Source: Candidatus Roizmanbacteria bacterium (GTDB lineage Bacteria > Patescibacteriota > Microgenomatia > UBA1406 > GWC2-37-13). From it: a DNA stretch of 64,000 nt. Both the position numbers and the translations under genes were made by a program. The stretch spans positions 747,063 through 811,062 of the forward strand of contig CAWJTN010000001.1 of assembly GCA_963845895.1 (NCBI GenBank). The letters run 5' to 3'. Under the pieces are notes generated by a model that had not been told where the DNA came from, ran no database searches, and saw nothing but the letters and a program-made list of their open reading frames with translations. Below, one piece after another: positions 51,801-59,353 of this stretch. Position 1 is the stretch's first letter; each line of letters opens with the position of its first letter.

Positions 51801-51935
51801 AACTTATTAGCTAAAGCTTACATCCTTAAACAGCCCTACTCCGAAATTGCCAAGTATATTGATGCTCCAAATTTTGCCGTTGGTGATCTTTTATACATGA
51901 ATAATTTAATCGCTGCTCTTCAAGCCTCACCGTAA
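48879..51935 (+). CDS. Secreted protein: signal peptide, dockerin-like module, Pro/Thr linker, PQQ-type beta-propeller repeats, large unassigned C-terminal domain
   Basis: SP ..LLTVYA/QSPT. GDANGDGVVNSKDLL..DQYKDGLINMLDLSVV is a duplicated EF-hand-like dockerin. Propeller blades include LYAFNPSTGDVKWRF, LYALNADTGTKIWSY and AYALNASSGTLKWKS. Confidence 0.85.
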   Translation: MMRYFIFPISLFIILSLLLTVYAQSPTISIGNGDANGDGVVNSKDLLTVFQNYNKSLGSPTDQYKDGLINMLDLSVVISSILNPSPTSTSTPTPTPSGPTPTPAPAAFEWGTVAHDAQRTSASPEEVALDVNNNGKVIWYRPIEAYIPQNSQVIAANNTLYVSTAKGLYAFNPSTGDVKWRFDTEMPLGNSPTVVNKVVYVGGMDRRLYALNADTGTKIWSYDGAGAGYSTNPLVLTNTSKPIIYIGNRDGKFYAIQDNGSSPQLLWSYPTQGPINLSAAASKDNSIIYFASNDNYAYALNASSGTLKWKSSKLPSAGFDSYWPVVYTDSASGKDYVIFAGATAYNNGSKPGTQSVITNPATGAVADTYTDVELQDLTNNYGWTTLPTTTALGGDPWASGKTILDATSFVNYFQAKPYRRTTFILNAADGTEYAGQYAPFAFLGTRSGNRYPPVVGPDSVSSAGNTIYINNAYTLSGAQGLEMGWKFGTPYFSLQGLGQAVDEPASYSMGGNIIYHNNCCDRVADWVNVLTKAGGTLWTYSNTLFPDPSIGRVGQAPGYDEMWYNTTAGLDRLDAWYGGSNQYVYNRSGVYHNHGDGHPIVPYQGKLFSHQSNAIIAYGSSSSTAYGNKGALRINAVTDSSIPIPSDLTTRLENELKKMIAAGDLKIGYYNNGQAALNEMKFYFENPGDTLYTLTMAYPFVFNSDPTAKGQLLNYIKAEFADYFNPTMYSSRGWDNTVGLSGRVRAAREAFPIPPEVQANMNADPKRTQGYYADDSWGAYTGSLYPQFNFYPLWKYAQLVPTDALTAYNLAKGKLDTPASNGTVGGASDQMLMTFPWRLNNYIAGFIGFLNLQKLAGKDMTDVTLRTLVTNSLNHLESLRIQSLAVFNTTSLTNPNNCADYFPNTGYTSHCREFNIGRNFYYLVPELGDYLNQNALAASQNTVTELTYVAPYWFQEGFNSVHEEGIKENLYDVDNLLAKAYILKQPYSEIAKYIDAPNFAVGDLLYMNNLIAALQASP

Positions 51936-51984
51936 AAACATTTAATGTGTAATATTTCTTTCATGGCTCCGAATCGTTTGATAC

Positions 51985-52013
51985 TTGATACTTACTTCTC
52001 TTATTGTTAGATT
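51985..52013 (+). promoter_or_regulatory. Promoter TTGATA-N17-TAGATT, 7 nt before the ATG
   Basis: -35 at 51985-51990, -10 at 52008-52013, ATG at 52021. Confidence 0.5.
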
Positions 52014-52020
52014 ATTATTA

Positions 52021-54087
52021 ATGGTCAGGTTTCTTTTAAAGTTGTCAGCCATTGGTTTGGTTAGTTTTTTTATTATCTCCAATGTTTATGCTCAATCTCC
52101 AACCTCTCAAACTTTAATTAATATCGGTGAAACCAATATTTTAACAGGAGATGATTCTGGAAATGGCAACCTGGTCATTGCCCAAAAAGTTTCCTTGACT
52201 CAGACTGCGACTTTACAAAGCTTAAGCTTCTATGTAAGTGTAGCTAGTGGCCGTTTACAGCTGGGTATCTATAATGATTTAGGAGGTAATCCCAATTCTT
52301 TACTGGCGTCAACTGCAATATTTACTCCAACAGTCGGCTGGAACACCCAAAACGTGACAACTCCGATTCTCCTATCCCCGGGCGATTATTGGCTGGCTTA
52401 TTTTCCGGAGAGTAATAGTTTGGGATTTAAAGCTGATTTTAGCTCAGGTATATGTAAATGGTACAGTACTCCATTTGGTTCAATACCATCAACTTTTTCC
52501 TCTTCTCCTAACAGTTGTGTAACACACTGGTCTTTCTATGCTACTTTGACGACTCAAACCGTCACTCTTTCTCCGACTTCCGTCCCAATCGGTAACAGTG
52601 ATACCAATGGGGATGGTAAGGTGACAACAGCTGATCTTTTACCCATATTTTCAAACTATGGAAAGAATCAAGGATTACCGGTTGATCAATACCAGGATGG
52701 ATACATCAATATGCTGGATGCTCAAGTCGTCATCAATTTCCTGACTGCTCCGACACCGATTCCAACTCGGACTCCCACTCCTATTCCATCTACTTCGACT
52801 CCTTATCCGACACCTTCCGGCAGTCCTGTCTATCCTCTCAAAGCTAGTGCTAACAAACGCTATCTGGTTGATCAGAACAATGTGCCGTTTCTCATGGTGG
52901 GCGATTCACCGCAGGCGATGATTGCCAATTTATCACTGGTTGACGCCGAGATATTTTTAGCAAACCGTCAAAAAGCAGGATTTAATACCATGTGGGTCAA
53001 TTTGTTATGCACGTCTTATACTGGCTGCCCTTATGGTGGTAACACCTATGACGGTATTGCTCCTTTCACCACTCCTGGTGATTTATCCACTCCCAACGAA
53101 GCCTACTTTGCTCGGGCCGATGCCATGATGAATCTGGCAGCCAAATACGGTATGGCGGTGATATTGGATCCAATCGAAACAGGAGGTTGGCTGGGAGTTC
53201 TGCAAAGCAACGGGACGACTAAGGATTACAACTACGGCGTATACCTTGGTAACCGCTACAAGAACTTTCCCAACATCGTCTGGATGAGTGGGAATGATTA
53301 CGCTATAAACTCAAGTAATGATGTGTATGTAAGTGCGGTGGCAAACGGTATCAAGTCCGTCGATGCTAACCACATTCATACTATTGAGTTTGGCGGCGGT
53401 GATACATCTTTGGACGATAGTACTTGGGTGCCAATCGTCTCTCTCAATTCGGCTTATAGCTATAACCCAACCTATGCGGTAGTGCTGCATGGCTACAATC
53501 AGTCCACCATGCCGGTTTTTATGGTCGAAGCCAATTATGAATTTGAGAATAACACGGGAAACGATTACGGAAGCCCATTGCTTTTACGAATGCAGGAATA
53601 TTGGTCGGCTTTGAGCGGCGAGACCGGGCAGCTCTATGGGAACCACTACACATGGCAATTCCTTGGCTCTTGGAAAAGCAATCTGGACACGCCGGGTTCG
53701 CAGCAATTCGGTTATGTGACAAATTTGCTTGCGCCGCGACAGTGGGTGAATCTCGTCCCAGACCAGAACCATACCGTGGTAACAGCAGGGTACGGCACTT
53801 TTTCATCGACGGGCGCAGTGCATACCAATGACTACTTGACCACCGCCAGAACTCCTGATGGAAAGTTAGTTATCGCCTATATGCCTACCAGTAGGACGAT
53901 TACGGTGAATATGGTCCAAATGACAGGGGGGACTTCAGTTACGGCCCGATGGTATGACCCCACCAATGGAACCTACTCAACAATTTCAGGATCTCCCTTT
54001 GGGAATACCGGCTCACGGCAGTTTACTCCTCTGGGCAACAACAGTGGGGGAGACGGTGATTGGGTGTTAGTACTGGAGGCAAATTAG
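52021..54087 (+). CDS. Secreted protein: unassigned beta-sandwich-like N-domain, dockerin-like module, Pro/Thr linker, DUF4038 (GH140-like) domain + 'putative collagen-binding' C-terminal domain
   Basis: SP ..SNVYA/QSPT, then GNSDTNGDGKVTTADLL..DQYQDGYINMLDAQVV. YPLKASANKRYLVDQNNVPFLMVGDSPQAM and ARWYDPTNGTYSTISGSPF..DGDWVLVLEA match my memory of DUF4038 and Collagen_bind_2. Confidence 0.75.
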   Translation: MVRFLLKLSAIGLVSFFIISNVYAQSPTSQTLINIGETNILTGDDSGNGNLVIAQKVSLTQTATLQSLSFYVSVASGRLQLGIYNDLGGNPNSLLASTAIFTPTVGWNTQNVTTPILLSPGDYWLAYFPESNSLGFKADFSSGICKWYSTPFGSIPSTFSSSPNSCVTHWSFYATLTTQTVTLSPTSVPIGNSDTNGDGKVTTADLLPIFSNYGKNQGLPVDQYQDGYINMLDAQVVINFLTAPTPIPTRTPTPIPSTSTPYPTPSGSPVYPLKASANKRYLVDQNNVPFLMVGDSPQAMIANLSLVDAEIFLANRQKAGFNTMWVNLLCTSYTGCPYGGNTYDGIAPFTTPGDLSTPNEAYFARADAMMNLAAKYGMAVILDPIETGGWLGVLQSNGTTKDYNYGVYLGNRYKNFPNIVWMSGNDYAINSSNDVYVSAVANGIKSVDANHIHTIEFGGGDTSLDDSTWVPIVSLNSAYSYNPTYAVVLHGYNQSTMPVFMVEANYEFENNTGNDYGSPLLLRMQEYWSALSGETGQLYGNHYTWQFLGSWKSNLDTPGSQQFGYVTNLLAPRQWVNLVPDQNHTVVTAGYGTFSSTGAVHTNDYLTTARTPDGKLVIAYMPTSRTITVNMVQMTGGTSVTARWYDPTNGTYSTISGSPFGNTGSRQFTPLGNNSGGDGDWVLVLEAN

Positions 54088-54088
54088 T

Positions 54089-54117
54089 TTGATTTTATCT
54101 GTTAATTATCATTTAAT
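54089..54117 (+). promoter_or_regulatory. Promoter TTGATT-N17-TTTAAT, 7 nt before the ATG
   Basis: The -35 at 54089-54094 starts 1 nt after the upstream stop codon. -10 at 54112-54117, ATG at 54125. Confidence 0.45.
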
Positions 54118-54124
54118 TATTTTA

Positions 54125-56242
54125 ATGATCAAGAAATTTATTTTTCTTTTTTCATTCTTTTTTATTCTTTATTCATCTGTTCACGCCCAATCCCCCACAC
54201 CTTATACAGGTTCTCCCTTCAACGGTCCCCATAATATTCCAGGAACAATTCAGATTGAAGACTATGATAATGGTGGAGAAGGGGTAGCATATCATGATCT
54301 AGACTCAACCAATCAGGGAGGACAATACAGGACCAATGAAGGAGTGGATATTGAGGCAACGGGAGATACGGAAGGAGGATATGATGTGGGATGGATTCAA
54401 GCAGGGGAATGGTTAAAGTATACGGTTAATGTTACTCAAACTGGTACCTATACCCTCGATCTTCGGGTAGCCAATACCAATAGTGGAGGAGTAATGCATA
54501 TGGAGGTTGACGGAGTAAATGTAACTAGTAACCTATCCATTCCCCAAACTGGAGGCTGGCAGACCTGGACTACCATTACCTCTCCCTCTTTTTCCCTTTC
54601 CCAAGGTCCTCATATCTTAAAGCTCTCGTTTGACACTAATTCCTCAAATGGTTATGTAGGAAACGTAAACTATTTCACCTTCACTCTTTCTGGTCCCTCT
54701 CCAACTCCAACCATTCCCATAGGCAATGGTGATGCTAACCTTGACGGTAAGGTAGATACCCAAGATCTTATGATAGTTCTTAAAAACTATGGAGCATCAG
54801 CAAGTTCGGTAGGAGGAGCAAACCAGTATGGAGATAATATTGTTAATATGTTTGACTTTAATGTTGTTCTTAATGCTATTCAAAATCCCTCTCCCACCCC
54901 AACTCGTACTCCAACCCCCACCACTCAACCACCGACCTCAACTCCTTTCCCAACACCAAGCGGTGGTCCGGTCTACCCACTGAAAGCCAGCTCAAACAAA
55001 CGTTTTTTAGTCGACCAGAATAATACACCGTTTTTAATTGCCGGTGATTCCGCTCATGAGCTCATTACTAATGTCTCTGAGACTGATGTGGATACCTATC
55101 TGGCTTCACGAGAGGCTGCGGGTATCAATTCTATTTGGGTACAGCTTCTTTGTACTTGGTCCGGACGATCTAACGGTAGTACTTATGACGGAATTGTCCC
55201 TTTCACCACAACAGGAGATTTATCAACGCCAAACGAAGCCTATTTTAAACGTGTCGATGACATTCTTAACTTAGCGGCAAAACACCACATCACGGTTTTT
55301 CTTGATCCCACAGAAACTGCAGACTGGTTAGATACTTTTAAGACTAATGGCACTACCAAGGATTTTAATTACGGTGTTTATCTGGGAAACCGCTATAAAA
55401 ATTTTCCCAATATTGTCTGGCAGAACGGCAATGATTTTCAAACCTGGAGCAATGCAAGCGACGATGCTGTAGTTTTAGCTGTGGCTAACGGGATTAAATC
55501 TGTTGACACTAATCATATTCAAACTATAGAACTGGATTACCCAACCAGCGCTTCATTAAACGATTCCTCTTGGGCTCCGATTGTCAGTCTAGATTCTGCT
55601 TACAGCTACTACTCTACCTATGACCAGGTATTGCGGGAATACAATCGCTCGAGTTTTATCCCGGTTTATTTTATTGAAGGAGTCTATGAATATCAGGGAT
55701 ACATGGGAGGCTACACTGGACCCCGTGAACTGCGGGCTCAAGAATACTGGACCCAACTATCAGGAAGTACGGGGCAACTCTATGGTAATGCTAATTTGTT
55801 TCCCTTTCCGAGCGGTTGGAACTCCCCCGGTTGGGATACAACTCCTGGCTTTATCCAGTTTACCTACTGGAATAATTTCTTTAAAAACAGCGCTTGGTAC
55901 AATTTAGTTCCAGACCAAAATCACACTGTAGTTACAGCAGGTTATGGCACGTATCAGTCTATTACTGCTCAAGTATTAGGCAACACGAGTGACTACGCAA
56001 CCACAGCCAGAACAACTGATGGAACCTTGATTGTTTCCTACATGCCAACTTCAAGGACGATTACAGTTGACATGACTAAACTCTCAGGAAGTGCTGCTGC
56101 CAGATGGTATGATCCAACAAATGGTACGTACACGACAATTTCTGGATCACCTTTTGCCAATACCGGATCAAGACAATTTACTCCTCCTGGTAATAACAGT
56201 GGGGGAGACAGTGATTGGGTATTGGTATTGCAGATAGATTAG
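54125..56242 (+). CDS. Secreted protein: CBM6-like module, dockerin-like module, Pro/Thr linker, DUF4038 (GH140-like) + 'putative collagen-binding' domain
   Basis: SP ..SSVHA/QSPT. IQIEDYDNGGEGVAYHD..GWIQAGEWLKYTVNV..GGWQTWTT is CBM6/35-like. The C-terminal two-thirds is paralogous to 52021-54087. Confidence 0.8.
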   Translation: MIKKFIFLFSFFFILYSSVHAQSPTPYTGSPFNGPHNIPGTIQIEDYDNGGEGVAYHDLDSTNQGGQYRTNEGVDIEATGDTEGGYDVGWIQAGEWLKYTVNVTQTGTYTLDLRVANTNSGGVMHMEVDGVNVTSNLSIPQTGGWQTWTTITSPSFSLSQGPHILKLSFDTNSSNGYVGNVNYFTFTLSGPSPTPTIPIGNGDANLDGKVDTQDLMIVLKNYGASASSVGGANQYGDNIVNMFDFNVVLNAIQNPSPTPTRTPTPTTQPPTSTPFPTPSGGPVYPLKASSNKRFLVDQNNTPFLIAGDSAHELITNVSETDVDTYLASREAAGINSIWVQLLCTWSGRSNGSTYDGIVPFTTTGDLSTPNEAYFKRVDDILNLAAKHHITVFLDPTETADWLDTFKTNGTTKDFNYGVYLGNRYKNFPNIVWQNGNDFQTWSNASDDAVVLAVANGIKSVDTNHIQTIELDYPTSASLNDSSWAPIVSLDSAYSYYSTYDQVLREYNRSSFIPVYFIEGVYEYQGYMGGYTGPRELRAQEYWTQLSGSTGQLYGNANLFPFPSGWNSPGWDTTPGFIQFTYWNNFFKNSAWYNLVPDQNHTVVTAGYGTYQSITAQVLGNTSDYATTARTTDGTLIVSYMPTSRTITVDMTKLSGSAAARWYDPTNGTYTTISGSPFANTGSRQFTPPGNNSGGDSDWVLVLQID

Positions 56243-56243
56243 T

Positions 56244-56271
56244 TTGACTTAATCTATAGATGTAGTTTAAT
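56244..56271 (+). promoter_or_regulatory. Promoter TTGACT-N16-TTTAAT, 7 nt before the ATG
   Basis: -35 at 56244-56249, directly after the upstream stop. -10 at 56266-56271, ATG at 56279. Confidence 0.45.
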
Positions 56272-56278
56272 TATATTA

Positions 56279-59272
56279 ATGATCAAGAAAGTTATTTTTC
56301 TTTTCTCTTTATTAGTTATTCTAACTTCTAGTTTCTTTTTTCTATCTTCTGTTCACGCCCAATCTCCAACAATATCAATCGGTAACGGTGATGCCAACGG
56401 AGATGGAGTAGTAAATTCAAAAGATTTACTTGCTGTTTTTCAAAACTACAACAAATCATTAGGAGTACCAACTGACCAATACAAGGATGGACTAATAAAT
56501 ATGTTAGATCTTTCAGTTGTCATCTCCTCAATCCTTAATCCTTCTCCAACCCCTTTACCTCCAACAGTAACTAACATCCCAACCCCAACAGGTCCAACAG
56601 CAACTCCAGCTCCTATTGGAAGTGACTGGCCAATGGGCGGAGCCAATCCCCAGAGGACTTCTCATAACTCTGTTGAAGTATCGGGAAATCTTTCGGTTGA
56701 GTGGTATCACGTCATTGATCCCTACATCGATAACAAGACTCAGGTTATTGCTACAGGAGGAAAATTATACCTTTCTACTTCTAAGGGACTGTATGCCTTT
56801 GATGCCACGAATGGTAACCAATTATGGGTTTGTGGAACAGAGTTACCGTTAAGTAACTCTCCAACGGTTGCCACCATCAACGGCAAAAGCGTTGCCTATG
56901 CGGGTGGTTTAGACCACCGTATCCATGCGGTTGACACAAGTTCCGGTACAAACCTTTCAGGATACACATCTTATGAAGCCGGAGGGGGTTTTGAAGTTAA
57001 CCCTCTGATTGTCAATAATGTTATCTATGCCGGCAACCGTGACGGCTACTTCTATGCTTTGGATGCGGTAACCGGCAACCTGAAATGGAAATATCAGACC
57101 GAAGGGCCAATCAGATTCTCGGCGGCCATGTCCAATGACAACTCTACCGTCTATTTTGCCTCCAATGATTCCTATGCCTATGCCCTAAATACATCCAATG
57201 GCACTCTGAAGTGGAAATCGCAAAAACTTCCCGGGGCAGGCTTTGACCAATATTGGCCGGTCGTTTACACCGATCAGAGTTCGGGTAAGGATTATGTTAT
57301 CTTCTCGGGTTCAAAGAAAGCTGCCTGGATTTGGTGGGATGATTTCATGCCCTATCCAAATATGTACCATGAAGAGAATTATCAAATTAATGACCAATAC
57401 GGAAGCATCTGTACGGCAATCAGTGGTGATAATCTCGACTGTGCACACACGTCCAGCTACTTTGCCGGCAAACCCTACAAACGCCATTTCTTTGTGTTAA
57501 ATGCTGCTACCGGTCAGGAGTTTACTAACCCTTATCCGCCGATTAACTGGGGCATTGTCACCAAAAACGGCAACAAACACCCTCCGGTTGTTGGTGCAGA
57601 CAATCAGTTATATACAGGTATTGCTTATAACTATGGGGGTAATTCTGGCGCTAACGGTGGTATGGCTGCCTGGAAGTTTGGCACAAGCCAAATTACAAAA
57701 TTAAGTAACTTTGCTGGGGCGGCTGATGAACCTTATGCCTTTTCTTCAGGAGGCAACTACATTTATTTTTTTGAAGGGGTCAATGGGGATGGAGGATACG
57801 CTGGCACGTTAGATATTACCAAAACTTCGGGGAGCAATTATTCCGGCTGGCAGGATCCCAGAAGTGTGCCCAATGCTAGTGCTAAGTACACTAGCCTTAA
57901 CCTGGCAGGAAAATTCGGCGGAAATAATGGAGTCTATCTTTATTTTGACGGTATCACCAATCAAACCCCCGTTCCCTACAACAATAAAATATATCTGATC
58001 AACGGTAACGTCCTTTTTGCTTTGAGTACTGCTGGAGGGGCCAAACAACTTCCGACCGCTACAGCACAAAACGCTCCGGCAGCCACGATCGATGTAACGG
58101 TTGCGGACTTACAGCAAAAACTGGCAACAGAAGTGCAAAAGATATTGTCAGCCGGACACCTGCGGCCGGGATTTATGGATTCGGGACTGGTGGGGGCATC
58201 TTTCGATAATCATAATTCCCCACTTATCCCCGGCAATCACCTGAATGAATATTTCGCCACTCCCGGGGAAACACTCTCGACACTGGCTTCGACACTTCCT
58301 TACTTATCATCGTCTCTTCAGACTCAAGTGAAACAATATTTACAAAGCGAAGAAACAAATTATCCGGTGGAAACCGACGCTCACATCGGTTGGAGGAACG
58401 GGGCCCAGCGGGAAGTTTATGATGACCCCCCGGAGATTTCCTCCGTGGCCAACAGGACTTTTGGCGACGGAAACGGGATTATCAATGGTATCTCCGTCAA
58501 CGGTGACAATCTTTGGGTCGCCAGTGACCCCAGAACCACAATTGTTCACTTCAGTAACTTAAACATCGGTTCATTCCTCCCCGACGCTTCCTATGGCGCC
58601 TGGAAATACGCGGTTGCCGAAGGATTTAACCAATCTCAAGTCCTGGCGCTATTTAACAACATGAAGGGCAAACTCCAGAAAGCCGGCTCCGGAAATGATA
58701 TGACCGATGCCAACCTGATTGCTTATCCGTATATCCTGGATCAATACATTAATGGGTATCGTGGTTATCTGGAACTTGAGAAATTAGCTGGAGTAACAGC
58801 CGATATTACTCAAAGCAGTCAGTGGTGTGAGTTTGCTCGGTTGGTCTCTCTCAAGCTTAATAATTTCAACGAAAACACTCCTTTAGACAATAGTTGGAAT
58901 AATAACAATGTATTGAACGTGGCTAGAAATTTTATGTACATGACTCCGGAGTTGGCAAGTCTTATGATTAACGGATTCTCGACCAGCACCGGTTGCAACT
59001 ATTCAGCCCCTTCTGTTTTAAGTAAGGTGCAAACAGCCATATCTAACTATCAGATTCTTGAGCCATTCTGGTTTGTCAGCAAATACGACCGCACCTATGA
59101 TGAGGGAATATTTCAACCTCTTTATGATATTCCGGCTTTATTCCAGACAAGGGCTTATGTTTTGCAACAACCGTTTTCTGAATTGGTCAAGTACCTTGAT
59201 GAGCCCGCATTTTACCGAGGTGACCTCTTCTATATCCAAAATCTGGTAGCAGCTCTTCAAGCACCACAGTAG
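56279..59272 (+). CDS. Secreted dockerin-like + PQQ-type beta-propeller protein, paralogue 2
   Basis: SP ..SSVHA/QSPT and the same dockerin cassette. LYAFDATNGNQLWV, FYALDAVTGNLKWKY and AYALNTSNGTLKWKS are propeller blades. The C-terminal domain ends ..FYIQNLVAALQAPQ. Confidence 0.85.
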   Translation: MIKKVIFLFSLLVILTSSFFFLSSVHAQSPTISIGNGDANGDGVVNSKDLLAVFQNYNKSLGVPTDQYKDGLINMLDLSVVISSILNPSPTPLPPTVTNIPTPTGPTATPAPIGSDWPMGGANPQRTSHNSVEVSGNLSVEWYHVIDPYIDNKTQVIATGGKLYLSTSKGLYAFDATNGNQLWVCGTELPLSNSPTVATINGKSVAYAGGLDHRIHAVDTSSGTNLSGYTSYEAGGGFEVNPLIVNNVIYAGNRDGYFYALDAVTGNLKWKYQTEGPIRFSAAMSNDNSTVYFASNDSYAYALNTSNGTLKWKSQKLPGAGFDQYWPVVYTDQSSGKDYVIFSGSKKAAWIWWDDFMPYPNMYHEENYQINDQYGSICTAISGDNLDCAHTSSYFAGKPYKRHFFVLNAATGQEFTNPYPPINWGIVTKNGNKHPPVVGADNQLYTGIAYNYGGNSGANGGMAAWKFGTSQITKLSNFAGAADEPYAFSSGGNYIYFFEGVNGDGGYAGTLDITKTSGSNYSGWQDPRSVPNASAKYTSLNLAGKFGGNNGVYLYFDGITNQTPVPYNNKIYLINGNVLFALSTAGGAKQLPTATAQNAPAATIDVTVADLQQKLATEVQKILSAGHLRPGFMDSGLVGASFDNHNSPLIPGNHLNEYFATPGETLSTLASTLPYLSSSLQTQVKQYLQSEETNYPVETDAHIGWRNGAQREVYDDPPEISSVANRTFGDGNGIINGISVNGDNLWVASDPRTTIVHFSNLNIGSFLPDASYGAWKYAVAEGFNQSQVLALFNNMKGKLQKAGSGNDMTDANLIAYPYILDQYINGYRGYLELEKLAGVTADITQSSQWCEFARLVSLKLNNFNENTPLDNSWNNNNVLNVARNFMYMTPELASLMINGFSTSTGCNYSAPSVLSKVQTAISNYQILEPFWFVSKYDRTYDEGIFQPLYDIPALFQTRAYVLQQPFSELVKYLDEPAFYRGDLFYIQNLVAALQAPQ

Positions 59273-59282
59273 ATACATTATG

Positions 59283-59324
59283 CGAATAAATGCGAATCAA
59301 CAAACACAGCGAATCATTGCGAAT
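59283..59324 (+). promoter_or_regulatory. Four CGAAT motifs (spacing 10, 17, 10 bp), the last overlapping the -35 box
   Basis: CGAAT at 59283, 59293, 59310 and 59320. Confidence 0.35.
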
Positions 59325-59345
59325 CTGTAAACTTAGTTTTATACT
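59317..59345 (+). promoter_or_regulatory. Promoter TTGCGA-N17-TATACT, 8 nt before the ATG
   Basis: -35 at 59317-59322, -10 at 59340-59345, ATG at 59354. Confidence 0.45.
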
Positions 59346-59353
59346 CTTTATTA

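Noticed and set aside
52021-56242. Idea that the Collagen_bind_2-containing proteins are collagenases acting on the neighbouring collagen-like fibre.
   Set aside because: The domain name is historical. The attached catalytic domain looks like a glycoside hydrolase (DUF4038/GH140-like), not a protease. The idea is kept only as a weak remark.
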